Assembly (NCBI GenBank): GCA_001949185.1
Contig: BDGG01000002.1
Location: forward strand, 8,360,448 to 8,424,447
Direction: 5' to 3'
Length of the DNA: 64,000 bases
Origin: Ramazzottius varieornatus
Taxonomy: Eukaryota > Animalia > Tardigrada
The stretch's first letter is position 1. Each line of letters begins with the position of its first letter. The position numbers and the translations under genes are program-made. The notes beneath the pieces are model-generated. The model searched no databases. It was given only the letters and a program-made list of their open reading frames with translations, and was not told where the DNA came from. Of the stretch, positions 35,496-49,100 are shown one piece after another.

Positions 35496-36347
35496 GGCTC
35501 TTTGCGTCGCTTGGTAGCGGATGAAAGAGTGGTCACGAGCTGTACTACAAGTCGTAATAGCGTTATCAAGGAAGAATAGAGTCCCGTTTTCAAGAACTAG
35601 CTTTTCAGGCCTAAACGAATGTCTTGCTTTGCCGTTCGTTACCACAACCGAAATACTAGAAAAGTCTGCGGGATGGTGTTTTGGTTGCGTTGGAGACTTG
35701 GCGGAAGGTGATTTGCAAGTAGAAGAAGAAGCAGTGAATGGAAGAAAGATCAGACTCAATATTTAAACAATAGATTTTTCATTCCTAGTATATCCTCCCA
35801 AATGGGTAATTGCTATGGCTTTGGTCTTTGTAAGTTGTAAGATAGCGTCAGATTTGGAAGAACTCCGGGCTATGTATGGCGCTGTACAATCCTTACGTGA
35901 CATTCCCGTAGCAATAAGCGCAATCAAAATGCCGGTAATCCTACATCGATGGCGTCTTCGACGGCTTGCTTGGCCTGGCCGGCTTCGGCCTTCCGTGTAC
36001 CCAGATCAACAACTGGGATAGTATGACCGCTGGCAAACTGAAGAGAACAAACAAATGGGCCAGCCATTGCTGTCGAGTCTTGCGCCATTTAGAAAGTCTA
36101 CGTCGTAATTAGTAAGGTTTCATCGTAGCTCATAGGTCATGGTCATTTCTCATCTCGCGCAATTATTACAACGAATGGCACTTGTAGCAGATACAAGCTC
36201 AACAACAACAGCGAACAGTTGACCTTGGCCCCGCTGTACTTCTTGGACATGTGGTATCGAACTGTAAGAAAGAAGGCATAAAGGCAACCGGAAAGGACCC
36301 CTTCAAGGAATTTGTACGGGACAAACAGCACTCTAGTCTCCAGTATA

Positions 36348-37300
36348 CTATTTTGATGGGCCTGTGGGTTCGTCTCCCAGGATGGTGGCGCGATGCATGA
36401 TGCGCCGGTGAGGCAAATAATCAGCCAAAGCGTAATGTTGCGTCAAGCGTTTATCCCAAAAAGCCACGTCGCCAACACTCCATCTCCACCGAACGGTAAA
36501 CTCGGGCTTAGCGGCATGGGCAAAGAGATACTGCAGGACCATATCGCTTTCCAGCTTGCTCAATTCAACGATGCGGCAAGTGCAGAAGTTGTTGACAAAC
36601 AAGCCTTCTTTTCCGGTAAGCGGGTGAACGCGGACCACCGGATGGATCACCGGTGAATTATTTTTAACCTGCGACAGTGAAGGTCATTGCAGTTCCGTAT
36701 ACACAACAGTACGCGCTGTACTCACCGCTTCACTCCATTTCTTCTCATCTCCACCGGCGTAGTCTTCTCTGGAGAAGCCCTGTACAAAGCTATGCTCGGC
36801 GGTCAGACCGCCCAGAAAGCGACGAAAAGGTTCCGACAAGGCATTGTACGATGCGACGTTGCTAGACCAGCACGTGTCACCGCCGCACGGTGGCAACCCA
36901 TCGGAGGTGTCTAAAAGCACAAGCTAAATGTCGTCATCATTATTTCTCATGTTCAAAAGTACAAGGCTGGAAAGCTGCAGCTGTTGGCTCACTTCGATGA
37001 AAGTAACGTCGGTATGCCAGACGTTGGTATCGGGTGGGTTGTCGATACTTGTATCCAGCTTGACAATTTCCCGCCACTCTTGGATAGCGGGCAAAATGGG
37101 ATGGATGTGAAGGGGGCCGAAACGCTGCGCAAAGTCTCGCTGTTGCTCTGGTGTCAGAGTCTGTTTAGGAAAGAAGATAACCTGATGGGTGAGCAGAGCT
37201 TCTTCAATCTGCTCCATCGTCGCCTTGTCCAAGTCCCGACTGAGATCCAGCCCGTCGATAACGGCGCCGATGGCGACAGTTGTCGGATCGACATGTTCAT
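36348..37300 (-). pseudogene. tauD: Bacterial-type taurine dioxygenase (TauD) with two spliceosomal introns and two apparent frameshift deletions
   Basis: [96 protein letters not shown] follow gammaproteobacterial TauD. Introns at 36911-36992 and ~36670-36725. Frameshifts at ~37272 and ~36897. Confidence 0.8.
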
Positions 37301-37841
37301 GGTGGCCTTTAGCGTCTACAAAGAACGCGCTGGTATATCGATGAGAACAATGTGCAGCTGCGAAGCCACACGGAAGCGCAGAAACAACTATAATGGTGCG
37401 GTACATAACGGTTACATTATCGCCTTTCTCCGTATAAACGCTGTTATTGCTCATCAACTGCGTCTCACCCCTCCATCTGACGACATGACGCGTCATCAAG
37501 CACTGCGCAGAAGGTTCTCCATCGTGCAGGAAGAATGGTCGCTCGGACTGAATAATCAATCATCCAGCGTGCAAAAGCTAAATGCTCATATAATTGTGAA
37601 CCAGAAAAGCGGGAACATGCCAAGTGACGTTCACGCAGTTAAATCTGATTTATTTGTGCTGTCCTGGGATATGCAACTCAGTTCCTAATATTAATTTAGC
37701 AACTGCACGTTATGGGTAATCATACTGTGCATTATGGAGCGTATCAGCGGTTACTCAACAATTCATTCGGTTGCTAAATTGGCCGTCGGTAAACGATTAT
37801 TTAGGTAGAGGTCCTGAGGCGTTACAGTAAGTTGGGCATGA

Positions 37842-38535
37842 CAAGGGATTTACGCCAGTCTGTCCACTCTGATCTTCAAACAAATACGACAGAAAGATAG
37901 AGCAGAGTTTGCTCCACACACTGAGATAGACTGAATCAGTGGAATAAAATCCTGGAAGATACCGCAGGAAGCGGAAGTGACGTCAAAATTCAGGGCGGAT
38001 CATCAGTGTGATAGTAAATCAACCGATTTGATTGCCTAATGGTTGATTTCATATTGATTGATCACGCTGCACTCCAGCTTGGTTGTTCCTTCTTTGCTCT
38101 TAACTTCGTTCCGTTACCGAGTAATCTCTACACGTGACCGCTATGTATTCCGTCAATCCCTTGAATGTTCTGAAGCTTCTGGAGGACGACTACAAGCAGT
38201 TCTTCCAACTGGACGATCAACCGAACGAGGCTGACAAGCAGCTGAAGACACCAGTCAAAGGTATCATTGCCGTTAACAATACCAAACATTGCAGTGAGAT
38301 ACTCCACCAGCTCCTGTTCTTACTCCAGAGTTAATGGATATCAAAATCACGTACAACAAAACGGGTTGCGCTCAGCTGAGCGGAGAGTGCAAGTGCAGCG
38401 GGATCAATCAATATAGATCTTCCAGGATTTTATTCCGCCGATTCAGTCTATCTCAGTGTGTGGAGCAAACTCTCCTCTATCTTTCTGTCGTATTTGTTTG
38501 AAGATCAGAGTGGACAGACTGGCGTAAATCCGTTG
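37842..38535. mobile_element. MITE-like element with ~120-bp TIRs and a candidate 3-bp TSD (TGA)
   Basis: 37842-37960 is the reverse complement of ~38417-38535; TGA immediately outside both ends. Confidence 0.85.
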
Positions 38536-39705
38536 TGAGAAGGAAGTATATAAACAGGTTTTGCTGGACTATCTTGCCGGCTCTGCAAACAAAGTCGACG
38601 ACTTTCATGTTTCTGCGCCTATCTCGTCGGATAGAAACCCATGCAGACTTGTCGAAAAATGCGTCTGCGCAGACTAGCCTTGGTGATGACCTCCTGCCTT
38701 TCCTGCCTCCTCATCATTGTTACCGGTAAGTGCGCATTGGCCATCGTGAAGGCCAAGCCCAATACTTTTCCCTTTTACACCACAGTGCTGATGACCACTG
38801 TTTCGCAGCGAAGAATAAGGGCGAATTTTGTTTTGCGACTATGGACTGCAGTGACGCCGGACTGGTATGTATGTCAAGATGACCCCCCATATCGTCCGTC
38901 CAATGTGCCCAACACGTATGTTATTTTCCTAGTTCTGTACGGGAGCAACATGCCAGTGCATGGTGGACATCGACCCGGAACACGGCAAATTTTGGGTATG
39001 TATATACGATTGTTCCTCTGGTGATTCACAGCGCTGAGCTATATAGCTCGCTATGCTTTAGTTTGTTTGGGTGCCTTAGGGTTGCAACACATCAGTCGAC
39101 TGCGATGGAGCCAACGCGATAGTACAACAGGCCCTTCCGGCGGAAGTGGCCAACAAGTCGGAGCCACCTCTTTGTACCATCTCCCAACAATGCACAGCCC
39201 TGCCAGGCTACTCTGGCTACTGCTACTTTTCCCTCCTCCCTTAACCTCCATACTGTCCACAATCTTGTCTGATTTTCGTTTTCGAAAGATCAGGTCAGTA
39301 GGGTGTGCCAACAAAACCGTTGATCGGAATGCGTCAAATTTCTTTCAACGTCTGTGGATGCGATGAAAGTCAAGAGGGTTGTATGTACAAGTTACCAATA
39401 CGTTGACAAAAGAGTTAAGCCGACACCTTAGCAACCCTTGTTGACCCATCATTACCACACCGTCGCCTTCACGGTAGCCTTCATGTAGGTTGCAGGTCCG
39501 CATTGGTATGCCTCGGAGAAGTCCAGAGAATTTTGTAGAGGACCAATAACCGGGAAAGGGCAGCATTCGTCATGGGAGACTTGTGCCCGTTGTAGTGGCC
39601 TTGTAACAAGTGGCGCACTATAGCTAGTGCTGAGTACAGACTGTATTCTAGCCTGACGAACAAGCTCCCGACCTGTCGCAGGAAAGTCCCAAGGGAAGTG
39701 TCGGT

Positions 39706-42700
39706 CTACACAATACTGCACTGCAGTATATAGGAGCAATATTCACCCGAATAAGAAAAACAGGCAGGGTCACATTGAGATCCATTAGAACAGATCTGAG
39801 GTATTGAAACCAGTAACAATAAAAGCAGGCAATCACCGACGAAACAAACATCTGGATAACAAATGCCGGGTAAAAAAAGAACAAAACTGATACTGACAAC
39901 ACAAGCAAGTTCAAAGCAAGAGAAGAGTCATCACAGATTGAACCGTACAAAATTGAGTCATTCAGCAGGGAGGTTGGTTGATTGGAGGCAGTACTCGCGG
40001 ACATCAACCCAAGAGGGTTCCTCGTTTGGGAAGGAGACCTCCACCAAGTCAGCCAGATGCCGCGGTCAAGCCCGCAATCTTGAATACATGAGACATATTT
40101 TCAGCCGATGTATCAATAATTACGTAATGGTTCGGTGCGAGTTTTCAATGCCGAATGTTACCTTTTTGCTCTTCTGCCATTTGTGCATCATGGACTTGTA
40201 CCGTTGGAATTCGTCGCACCATTCGTGATACGCTTTCTTGTAATCGCTCTCGGTACGTGGAGCTTGGCAACTATCTGTACGAAATGAAAAGAAACAATCG
40301 TACACATTTTCTATAAATTTTCCACTTCCAAGGAAACAGGGAACGCAGCAATCGTTCAAAGAAAAAACTAAACTAGACCCTATGCAAGCAAACGTGACGA
40401 GATTGCTCTACCAAGTGGCGCAGTACACCAGCCAATAACAGTGAGTATGTGGCCACTTGGTAGGATAATCTTCTGGAGCACATTCGACGAGCTTCCAGTC
40501 AAGTTATTTTCGACTGCTTTTCAGTGAGTCGCTACCTTGGTCGACATGAAGGTGAAATCGGCAAAGGACTTGTCGATCCATCTGGACGACATACTGGCCC
40601 ACATCGGTGCTCTGCGTGCGAGTGATGATCAGTCCGTTGGAGGTGGTCAAAAGAATGCGCTGGTTGTGCTGACTGATGGATAGCGGCACCTTGTTGTGCG
40701 TCCAGACGATACTGTCAACCGGTAGACCATCTTCCTTGGTGACTTTAGGAATGGGACAGGACAAATGAACTGTCGAACCCAACGTCACCGTTTCATTCTG
40801 CCATCTGATCACTTCCTCGCAAACGTGAAGTCGCTCGTCGCGGACGTCTTGCAGGAAGTTGGGATCGGGCCGCCATTTCAACGATTCTGCAACAGTGAGA
40901 CATCAGGCATATTCAAGACCAGATTTTAGACATGGATGAAGGGTGAGGAATACTGACCGCTGACTTCGGAGATGTCTTGGCATGTGGCTTTCCCCCGGTT
41001 CCACACACAAAAAGGGTCGCGCGTACACTGCGCACAATGCGAAGCGTAACGTGAGCAGCTGGCCACCGAGAACTGCAGGATACGGTAGTCACTGGCTACG
41101 TACAAGCTCCGATGGTCCGGTGACACCACCATATTCCTACAGAATATTAACAAGGTGAAATATCGAAGCTTTTCACCACTTTATCAGCCATGTGTATGAC
41201 AGAAGACAGGAAGTCGGGAGTTCGACTCCCAGCTATCATCGCTTTTTGGGAAAAAAATTAGGCAATTCGTAAACAAATTCCACGGTATTTCGAAAAGTTA
41301 TTGAAGTTTTTTTTAGCTTGACACCGTACCTTATGGATCCGTCCGATTTCATCGTTTCCCAGACATCAATGACGCGGGACATGACTTGCTGCTTGATGCT
41401 GTCGTACCAATGGATAACTTTATAGATTGAGCCACTTTGGTCCGCCGTGAAGATGACCAAGTACTCGTAGCCTTCGGCGATGGTGGGGACCACCACCAGT
41501 TTGCTCAGTACTACCTGATCGCGAACGAACAAGGGCCGACCATGCAAGTGAGCCACGGCCGAATTCATGATGGGGTGGTTCTTGATGAAGGTCAGCACGT
41601 TGTCCGGCAGACCTTTGCTATCCTCCACGCACTGCAAAGCACAATCACTGTCAATAGGGTACTTCATCGAACATGGCAGGAAAAGCAGTTTTCCATACAT
41701 GCCGACATGATTAATGCGCTTTTTCCGGTCATGATACCCTGAACAGTGAATGATCACAGGCCCGACTAGACATGCGGAAATAATTTTACATGTCGAATAT
41801 TGCTAATTTGGCAATTTTTGGAAGGTCACAGTAGAGTATCGCTGTTATTTAGCATCAATATATTGTAATATGGTACGCGGGTAAATGAATTCAACCAGAT
41901 CTTTTTTCCGAGTGGCGCGCAATTTCGGCTAGTAATAACGAGAAAGTGCGCCAAGTGTGACGACCTGGCTCAGTTCATTCGGCCACGTCCCCTATTATTG
42001 ATTATATTTTTTCCATGGCTAGTTACCTTTCCAGGACGGGGTTCGGGGACGTCGGCTTTCATCACCGGCAGCCAGGCGGAGGTGACGGAGGTCTGTTCCT
42101 TGAACAAGCCACTGAAGGCCCTGTCAATGTCGTCCAGTGTGAAGGCACAAACTGCGGATGCCGGTGAGACGACGGCGGCTGCAGCGGCATTCAGCGAGCT
42201 GGTGAAGGTCCCGTAGAAGGTTATGGCCGAGGTCCGTGCCGTGTCGCTCTTGACCAGGCTTTGTAGACTGTCAAAGTAGTAGGGAATGTCGCCGGGGATC
42301 GAGCAGTTCAAGCGCGCCTTGACGAAGCTCGACCAGTTTTGTTCCAACACGTTCCGACCGCCCGTATCCTTCTGCAAAATAAATGGAATGAAAACATGTG
42401 GAGAAATTCTCTCAATCCGGCAAACCGAAAACACACGCGCAAAAAGTTAGACATTTATCAACAATGAGATTCCTCAAACTTCGCTTGTAGATATTTTGGT
42501 CGGTGAGAAATTTTCATAGCACGTATGTAAATCATCTTTGTAAACAGGCCGCCAGCGGTGAGAAAGGCGGGTAATTATCGCGGCATGCTGCGCTATTTGA
42601 TCAAGCTATGAAATCAAAAATGCGGCATCCCGCTGTGACGTCATGGCGACCACGCACTGAACGCCGTCTGTCCGCTCATTCCATCGATTTTGATGTTTTC

Positions 42701-44361
42701 ACTGTCCCACGTACTTTACAGACGCGGGCAACGCGAGAGTAGATGTTCCGTCCGACGTTGCCATACTCGATGGCATTCTCTCGGAAGAAGAAGTAAACGT
42801 GCTCGCCGATGTCAAACGATGCCACGAAATCCGGCGCTAAAGCACAGAAAAATTTATACAGACCTTCTGCAGCTCTAGCAATAAAATCCCAAACCGCATG
42901 AGGAAACAGCCGGGACTTACAACTGAGCCATCTTGGATCAAAGTCGACACTGCGGAGGTACGGATGGGCCACAGTGGAATGTGAGTCGTACAGATCGGAG
43001 CGGAAGAGTAGATGATCGGCTCGACTGACATCGGCTACCGTTGCCGAATACAAGGCTGGATAGTTGCCGGGATTTCCTTCCTCTGCAAAATTTGAACGAT
43101 GACAAAATTAATATAAAACGTGATGATAGAAGACGAGTGAGAGGCTGCTAAACAAACAGCAGGTTTTTTGTTCCAAGTGGCGCACGTTGTCAGTGTTAGT
43201 GATCGGAAGCGAGCGCCACTTGAGAAACTCGACAGCAAAGTTGTTCCAAGCGGCGCACCGCTTCCGAGTAGTAGGCTGAAGGTGTGCGCCACTTGAAACG
43301 ATCTGGTCGAGTTCTTTTGCCAAAGTTCCCATTGGAGAAAATTCACCAAAAAGAGAATATTGGTCGGTTGCACTTACCAACCCAGATGGCGGTGCCATTA
43401 TCGTCGGGGTCGAAGGGGCACTTGGCGATGCCGTCACCGATGCCGGGAAAAGTAGCGCCGTTGACTTCCGAGAGGTTAGAAGCGTGGACGATCCAGTCGC
43501 GGGGACGGAAGGCATTGGTACCGCACACATAGACGTATTGGCCCTTCAGTAATGGCTGCACCACCCGAATGTGATTTTGACATTGATAGCCCTATCAATC
43601 ATCAAAGCATCTTCAAATATGGCCCCGTGCATAGCCGACGATAGATGTTGGTTTGACTATCAAACGGGCTCAGAGACAATTACCCGACTCTTCCCAATCG
43701 ATTCGCAACGTCGACGAAAATCTGGCTCAAATTTCGGCGTCTAAAAATGATCAAGCAATACTCGAACTGTTCACTGGAGAGGCATGAGCTTGCTCAGCGG
43801 CAAATATTCTCAAGTAGGGGATTTTCTTATAAGGAAGCGAGGAAGCTAAAACACTGGTGTGCCAAAAACGAACAAGTTTTTGTACATGAAAATGTTTAGA
43901 AGTGGAGAATGACATACGTTGCAAGAGGAGCTGTTAATGTTCTCCAGGTTGAGTTTGAACAAGTGGTTCCTGCCAAAGTTGAAACAAGCGCTGAGTACAC
44001 AGCCGTCTTTAGGAGGAACTGTGTACTCTGAGGAGAGCACACAGTGGCAACATTGCAAATTGAATCTACTCGATGCCATGCTTACATAGCGCCAACATAG
44101 AGTGCTCCAGAATGGGCATCGAGTGCCAACGTCCGGTAGAAGAGCTTCCCACAGGAAAACTCGTGTAATGGTGCTACAATACACAACAGACGCTCCATAC
44201 TGCTCTTTTCGCCTAAAATACTCAGCGCGGAAAATCCCGAAATATTCAAACAACTTACCTGCGAAACCATTTCCACTGACGCTGGACAGGACCGACATCC
44301 ATGACAGGAATATCGTAGGTAATAAGTAAATCCAATTCGGCAGATTATCCATCCTGGTCAT
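39706..44361 (-). CDS. Sema2a: Semaphorin-2 (secreted, Sema + PSI + Ig); last exon tentative
   Basis: Signal peptide; YVCGTNAFRP, GDGIAKCPFDPDDN, HVYFFFRENAIEY, SRVARVCK/KDTGGRNVLEQNWSSFVKARLNCSIPGDIPYYF, PSI CTRDPFCVW, Ig domain, ESDYKKAYHEWCDEFQRYK typical of class 2. Confidence 0.92.
40412..40459. repeat. Palindromic unit (x1), semaphorin intron
   Basis: caagtggcgcag-N25-gtg-gccacttg. Confidence 0.85.
41909..41957. repeat. Palindromic unit (x1), semaphorin intron
   Basis: cgagtggcgcgc-N25-gtgcgccaagtg. Confidence 0.8.
43174..43295. repeat. Palindromic units (x2, period 73), semaphorin intron
   Basis: Units start at 43174 and 43247, both N25. Confidence 0.9.
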
Positions 44362-46112
44362 CTGTGCAAGAATAAGGATCAGAAAAATATCAAACTGGTT
44401 TAGCGCGTACAAACATTCCAAATTCTCCTACAAGATACCATACCTGGCTCTTCCGCTGGAAGCTGATTTCCCGAAGGTTGGACAGGAGTGAGGATAAGGG
44501 CGTTAGTAAGTGCTTGGGACGGAAGCGTGGATGGGCAAGCGCGGTCAAGTGGCCATCAGCACTCTTTTCACCAGCAGCGACCTCGTCCACCAAGACAGCG
44601 ACCCTCAACACAAAGGTGAATCCTCTTGACACAACCCACGTCCCAAGAACGAGGCAAGGTGTCAGGTAGCTACAGCCAGATCTGCACAAACATCAACTAA
44701 AAGATTATGAAGAAGAAAATGTATCAGTATGCGTGGAAAGAAAGGTAGACATGCTGCATTGGAGAAGACGGCAGTTTTGGCTGGAAAAGAGATTGAATTC
44801 TCGGCGTGCTTACCTGCTCGCTGATCCGACGCTGCTCCCATCGCTCGCTCTGCAGCTTTGCGTTGCTCTCTCCTTGTGCAGGAGATGAATGGAGGGGAAG
44901 ATTAGCCGCACGCGGAATGCATGTCTGTCAGTTGCGGGCTTGACTTGCTTTGCTGAAAGGAAGAGAGACCAAGTATGAAATGACCGTCGTACACAACGTC
45001 AAAATCACAGCTGTCCTCTGCGTAGTTTTACCATCCGAGATGGAGGCCAAGGAAGGATACTGCTGCCACTAGTTCATCGTTTGATCCATGCGGAGCGGAG
45101 AGAGACAGCAACTGCATGGCTTAGCAGTTGGCACTATGCGCGGATACTCGACAGAGGCAGGTCAAGCCGGATCAAACCTCTTCACAGCCCACGCTCTTCA
45201 AGCTGGCCCTTCTCACAGATACCCAACCCGCATCAGTCGGTGCATGACGTTCAGACACACGCAGTGCTCCTACCGACGCATGACGTCACGAGGGACCAAA
45301 CAACTTGAATACTATGTACCCGTTGCGTTACAATGATCTCCTGGATTTGTCCTGCAAAGACTCCCTCCTGCTCTATCACCTTCTCTACGGTTTCTACAAG
45401 TAGAAGAGCGAATTTGAGGGTCATGACGTACGGAGAATTTTCATTTTGACAGGAGACAACTGGCGTAAATCGATACGGGGCATGACTACGCTCTCCTGTA
45501 CCCACATCCTGCAGCCGAAGTCTCACACTTTCAACAGTTACTGCAGTGACTGCACGATTCCAGGCTAACTTTCAGGACCGATGATGTGCCGCTCGCTATT
45601 AATTTAGACTAATCCCATTTAATTCAAACAAAGCCAGGGTGGCGGTTGACTGGCGCCGACGGTTAAGCCAACCTTTATTTGATGCCAAAAAGCCTCAAGT
45701 AGGTCGTCTGACATAACAATTGAAAGTCGCAGCCCCAGCTTCACCAGAGCCCTGACCACGGTTTCTTGATCGTTTTTCAACGTTTCCATTTATAAAGACC
45801 GAAACCACGATTTTTGATGAGGCAGGCAGCATACTGGAGGCGACATACTGCTCTTGTCGCGCTCTTTAATCCTTGGCGCTGAACGTCACGACACCACGTT
45901 CTTCGTGCATGGCTCGAAACGCATTATACATTTCGTTCATCAAAATTTGCTAGTTTTGTTAGAAATGGGCATAATCTATCAGTTTCTGAAAATCTTTCCC
46001 GCTTATTCACGTCACAGGGGCTGCCTCTTCCGATATATTTAAGGCCAGACATCGAAGTGGAATCCTCACAGTCGGTGAACCTCCGCTTATGTTTTGCTTC
46101 TAACCGACAAAG

Positions 46113-49100
46113 ATGGCGTTTTCCATTTCTTCCGCCTTTCTGTTTTCCTCAACTAAATCCGCTGTGTTAACGGTGACCCTTGCCTGTTTCGTCTGTCTCC
46201 TTTCAGGAACCCATGCCCAAGGGACGGCCAACAGTGACTGCGTTCGTTATTGCCGTTATCCCACGAACAACCCGGCGCAAGGTGGACCTCCAACCCCACA
46301 ACCTCCGAGCCTCTTCAATCTGTACACGTCATACGTTGGTACCTGCAGCAACCTTTTCTGCTGCTGCAACACCACCATCGGATGTGACGTTGTTGGCGAG
46401 CTAGTGACCTGCGGACCAGATGAGTTCTTCGATCCGGAACCAAACAAGGTTCCCGGATACGAGTGCCGAAACAACAACGATACTGCAGACACCGTATGTG
46501 ATTCGACCGTCACAACTACAACCTCTGGACCGACAACCACTGACCCAACCTGGGCCGCGCCAGATTGCGATCGGTTCTGCAACTTCGCATACGCTGCGTC
46601 ACCACAAGGTCCTCCGACACCCCCGCCAACCGACGTGTTCGGTCTGTACACGTCGTTCAGTAGCGCATGCACCAACACGTTTTGCTGCTGCAGCGCATCC
46701 CTGGGTTGCAACCCTAATGACGTCGTACAATGCGATATCGGCGAGTACTTCGACCCAGATCCAGCTGCATACACGTGCCGAAACCTATGCACAGATTCCA
46801 CGGGATCAGTTTGCGCCGCGACCGCAGCAGTGAACTGCACAACCACTGCCCCACCAACAACAACCACTACTGCCGCGCCTACCACAACGACAGACGCGCC
46901 AACCACCACCACAGACGCGCCTACCACCACCACAGACGCGCCTACCACCACCACAGACGCGCCTACCACCACCACAGACGCGCCTACCACCACCACAGAC
47001 GCGCCTACCACCAGTACGGACGCGCCTACCACCACCACAGACGCGCCTACCACCACCACAGACGCGCCAACCACCACCACAGACGCGCCAACCACCACCA
47101 CAGACGCGCCTACCACCACCACAGACGCGCCAACCACCACCACAGACGCGCCAACCACCACCACAGACGCGCCAACCACAACGACAGATGCACCTACCAC
47201 CACCACAGACGCGCCAACCACCACCACAGACGCGCCTACCACCACCACAGACGCGCCAACCACCACCACAGACGCGCCAACCACCACCACAGACGCGCCT
47301 ACCACCACCACAGACGCGCCAACCACCACCACAGACGCGCCAACCACCACCACAGACGCGCCAACCACAACGACAGATGCACCTACCACCACCACAGACG
47401 CGCCAACCACCACCACAGACGCGCCTACCACAACTACGGACGCGCCTACCACCACCACAGACGCGCCAACCACCACCACAGACGCGCCAACCACCACCAC
47501 AGACGCGCCAACCACAACGACAGATGCACCTACCACCANNNNNNNNNNNNNNNNNNNNNNNNNNNNNNNNNNNNNNNNNNNNNNNNNNNNNNNNNNNNNN
47601 NNNNNNNNNNNNNNNNNNNNNNNNNNNNNNNNNNNNNNNNNNNNNNNNNNNNNNNNNNNNNNNNNNNNNNNNNNNNNNNNNNNNNNNNNNNNNNNNNNNN
47701 NNNNNNNNNNNNNNNNNNNNNNNNNNNNNNNNNNNNNNNNNNNNNNNNNNNNNNNNNNNNNNNNNNNNNNNNNNNNNNNNNNNNNNNNNNNNNNNNNNNN
47801 NNNNNNNNNNNNNNNNNNNNNNNNNNNNNNNNNNNNNNNNNNNNNNNNNNNNNNNNNNNNNNNNNNNNNNNNNNNNNNNNNNNNNNNNNNNNNNNNNNNN
47901 NNNNNNNNNNNNNNNNNNNNNNNNNNNNNNNNNNNNNNNNNNNNNNNNNNNNNNNNNNNNNNNNNNNNNNNNNNNNNNNNNNNNNNNNNNNNNNNNNNNN
48001 NNNNNNNNNNNNNNNNNNNNNNNNNNNNNNNNNNNNNNNNNNNNNNNNNNNNNNNNNNNNNNNNNNNNNNNNNNNNNNNNNNNNNNNNNNNNNNNNNNNN
48101 NNNNNNNNNNNNNNNNNNNNNNNNNNNNNNNNNNNNNNNNNNNNNNNNNNNNNNNNNNNNNNNNNNNNNNNNNNNNNNNNNNNNNNNNNNNNNNNNNNCC
48201 TACCACCACCACAGACGCGCCAACCACCACCACAGACGCGCCAACCACCACCACAGACGCGCCTACCACCACTACGGACGCGCCTACCACCACCACAGAC
48301 GCGCCAACCACCACCACAGACGCGCCAACCACCACCACAGACGCGCCAACCACCACTACAGACGCGCCTACCACCACCACAGACGCGCCTACCACCACCA
48401 CAGACGCGCCAACCACCACCACAGACGCGCCAGCCACCACCACAGACGCGCCAACCACCACCACAGACGCGCCTACCACCACTACGGACGCGCCTACCAC
48501 CACCACAGACGCGCCAACCACCACCACAGACGCGCCAGCCACCACCACAGACGCGCCAACCACCACCACAGACGCGCCTACCACCACTACGGACGCGCCT
48601 ACCACCACCACAGACGCGCCAACCACCACCACAGACGCGCCAACCACCACCACAGACGCGCCTACCACCACCACGGACGCGCCTACCACCACCACAGACG
48701 CGCCTACCACCACCACAGACGCGCCAACCACCACCACAGACGCGCCAACCACCACCACAGACGCGCCTACCACCACCACAGACGCGCCAACCACCACCAC
48801 AGACGCGCCAACCACCACCACAGACGCGCCTACCACCACGACAGATGCACCTACCACCACCACAGACGCGCCAACCACCACCACAGACGCGCCTACGACC
48901 ACTACGGACGCGCCTANNNNNNNNNNNNNNNNNNNNNNNNNNNNNNNNNNNNNNNNNNNNNNNNNNCACCACCACAGACGCGCCAACCACCACCACAGAC
49001 GCGCCTACCACAACTACGGACGCGCCTACCACCACCACAGACGCGCCAACCACCACCACAGACGCGCCAACCACCACCACAGACGCGCCAACCACAACGA

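Noticed and set aside
36348-37300. Bacterial contamination as the source of tauD
   Set aside because: It has two spliceosomal introns, a Kozak-type start and gap-free continuity with animal genes.
38535-39700. Short ORFs between the MITE and the semaphorin 3' end
   Set aside because: No recognisable domain; a small gene cannot be excluded but is unsupported.
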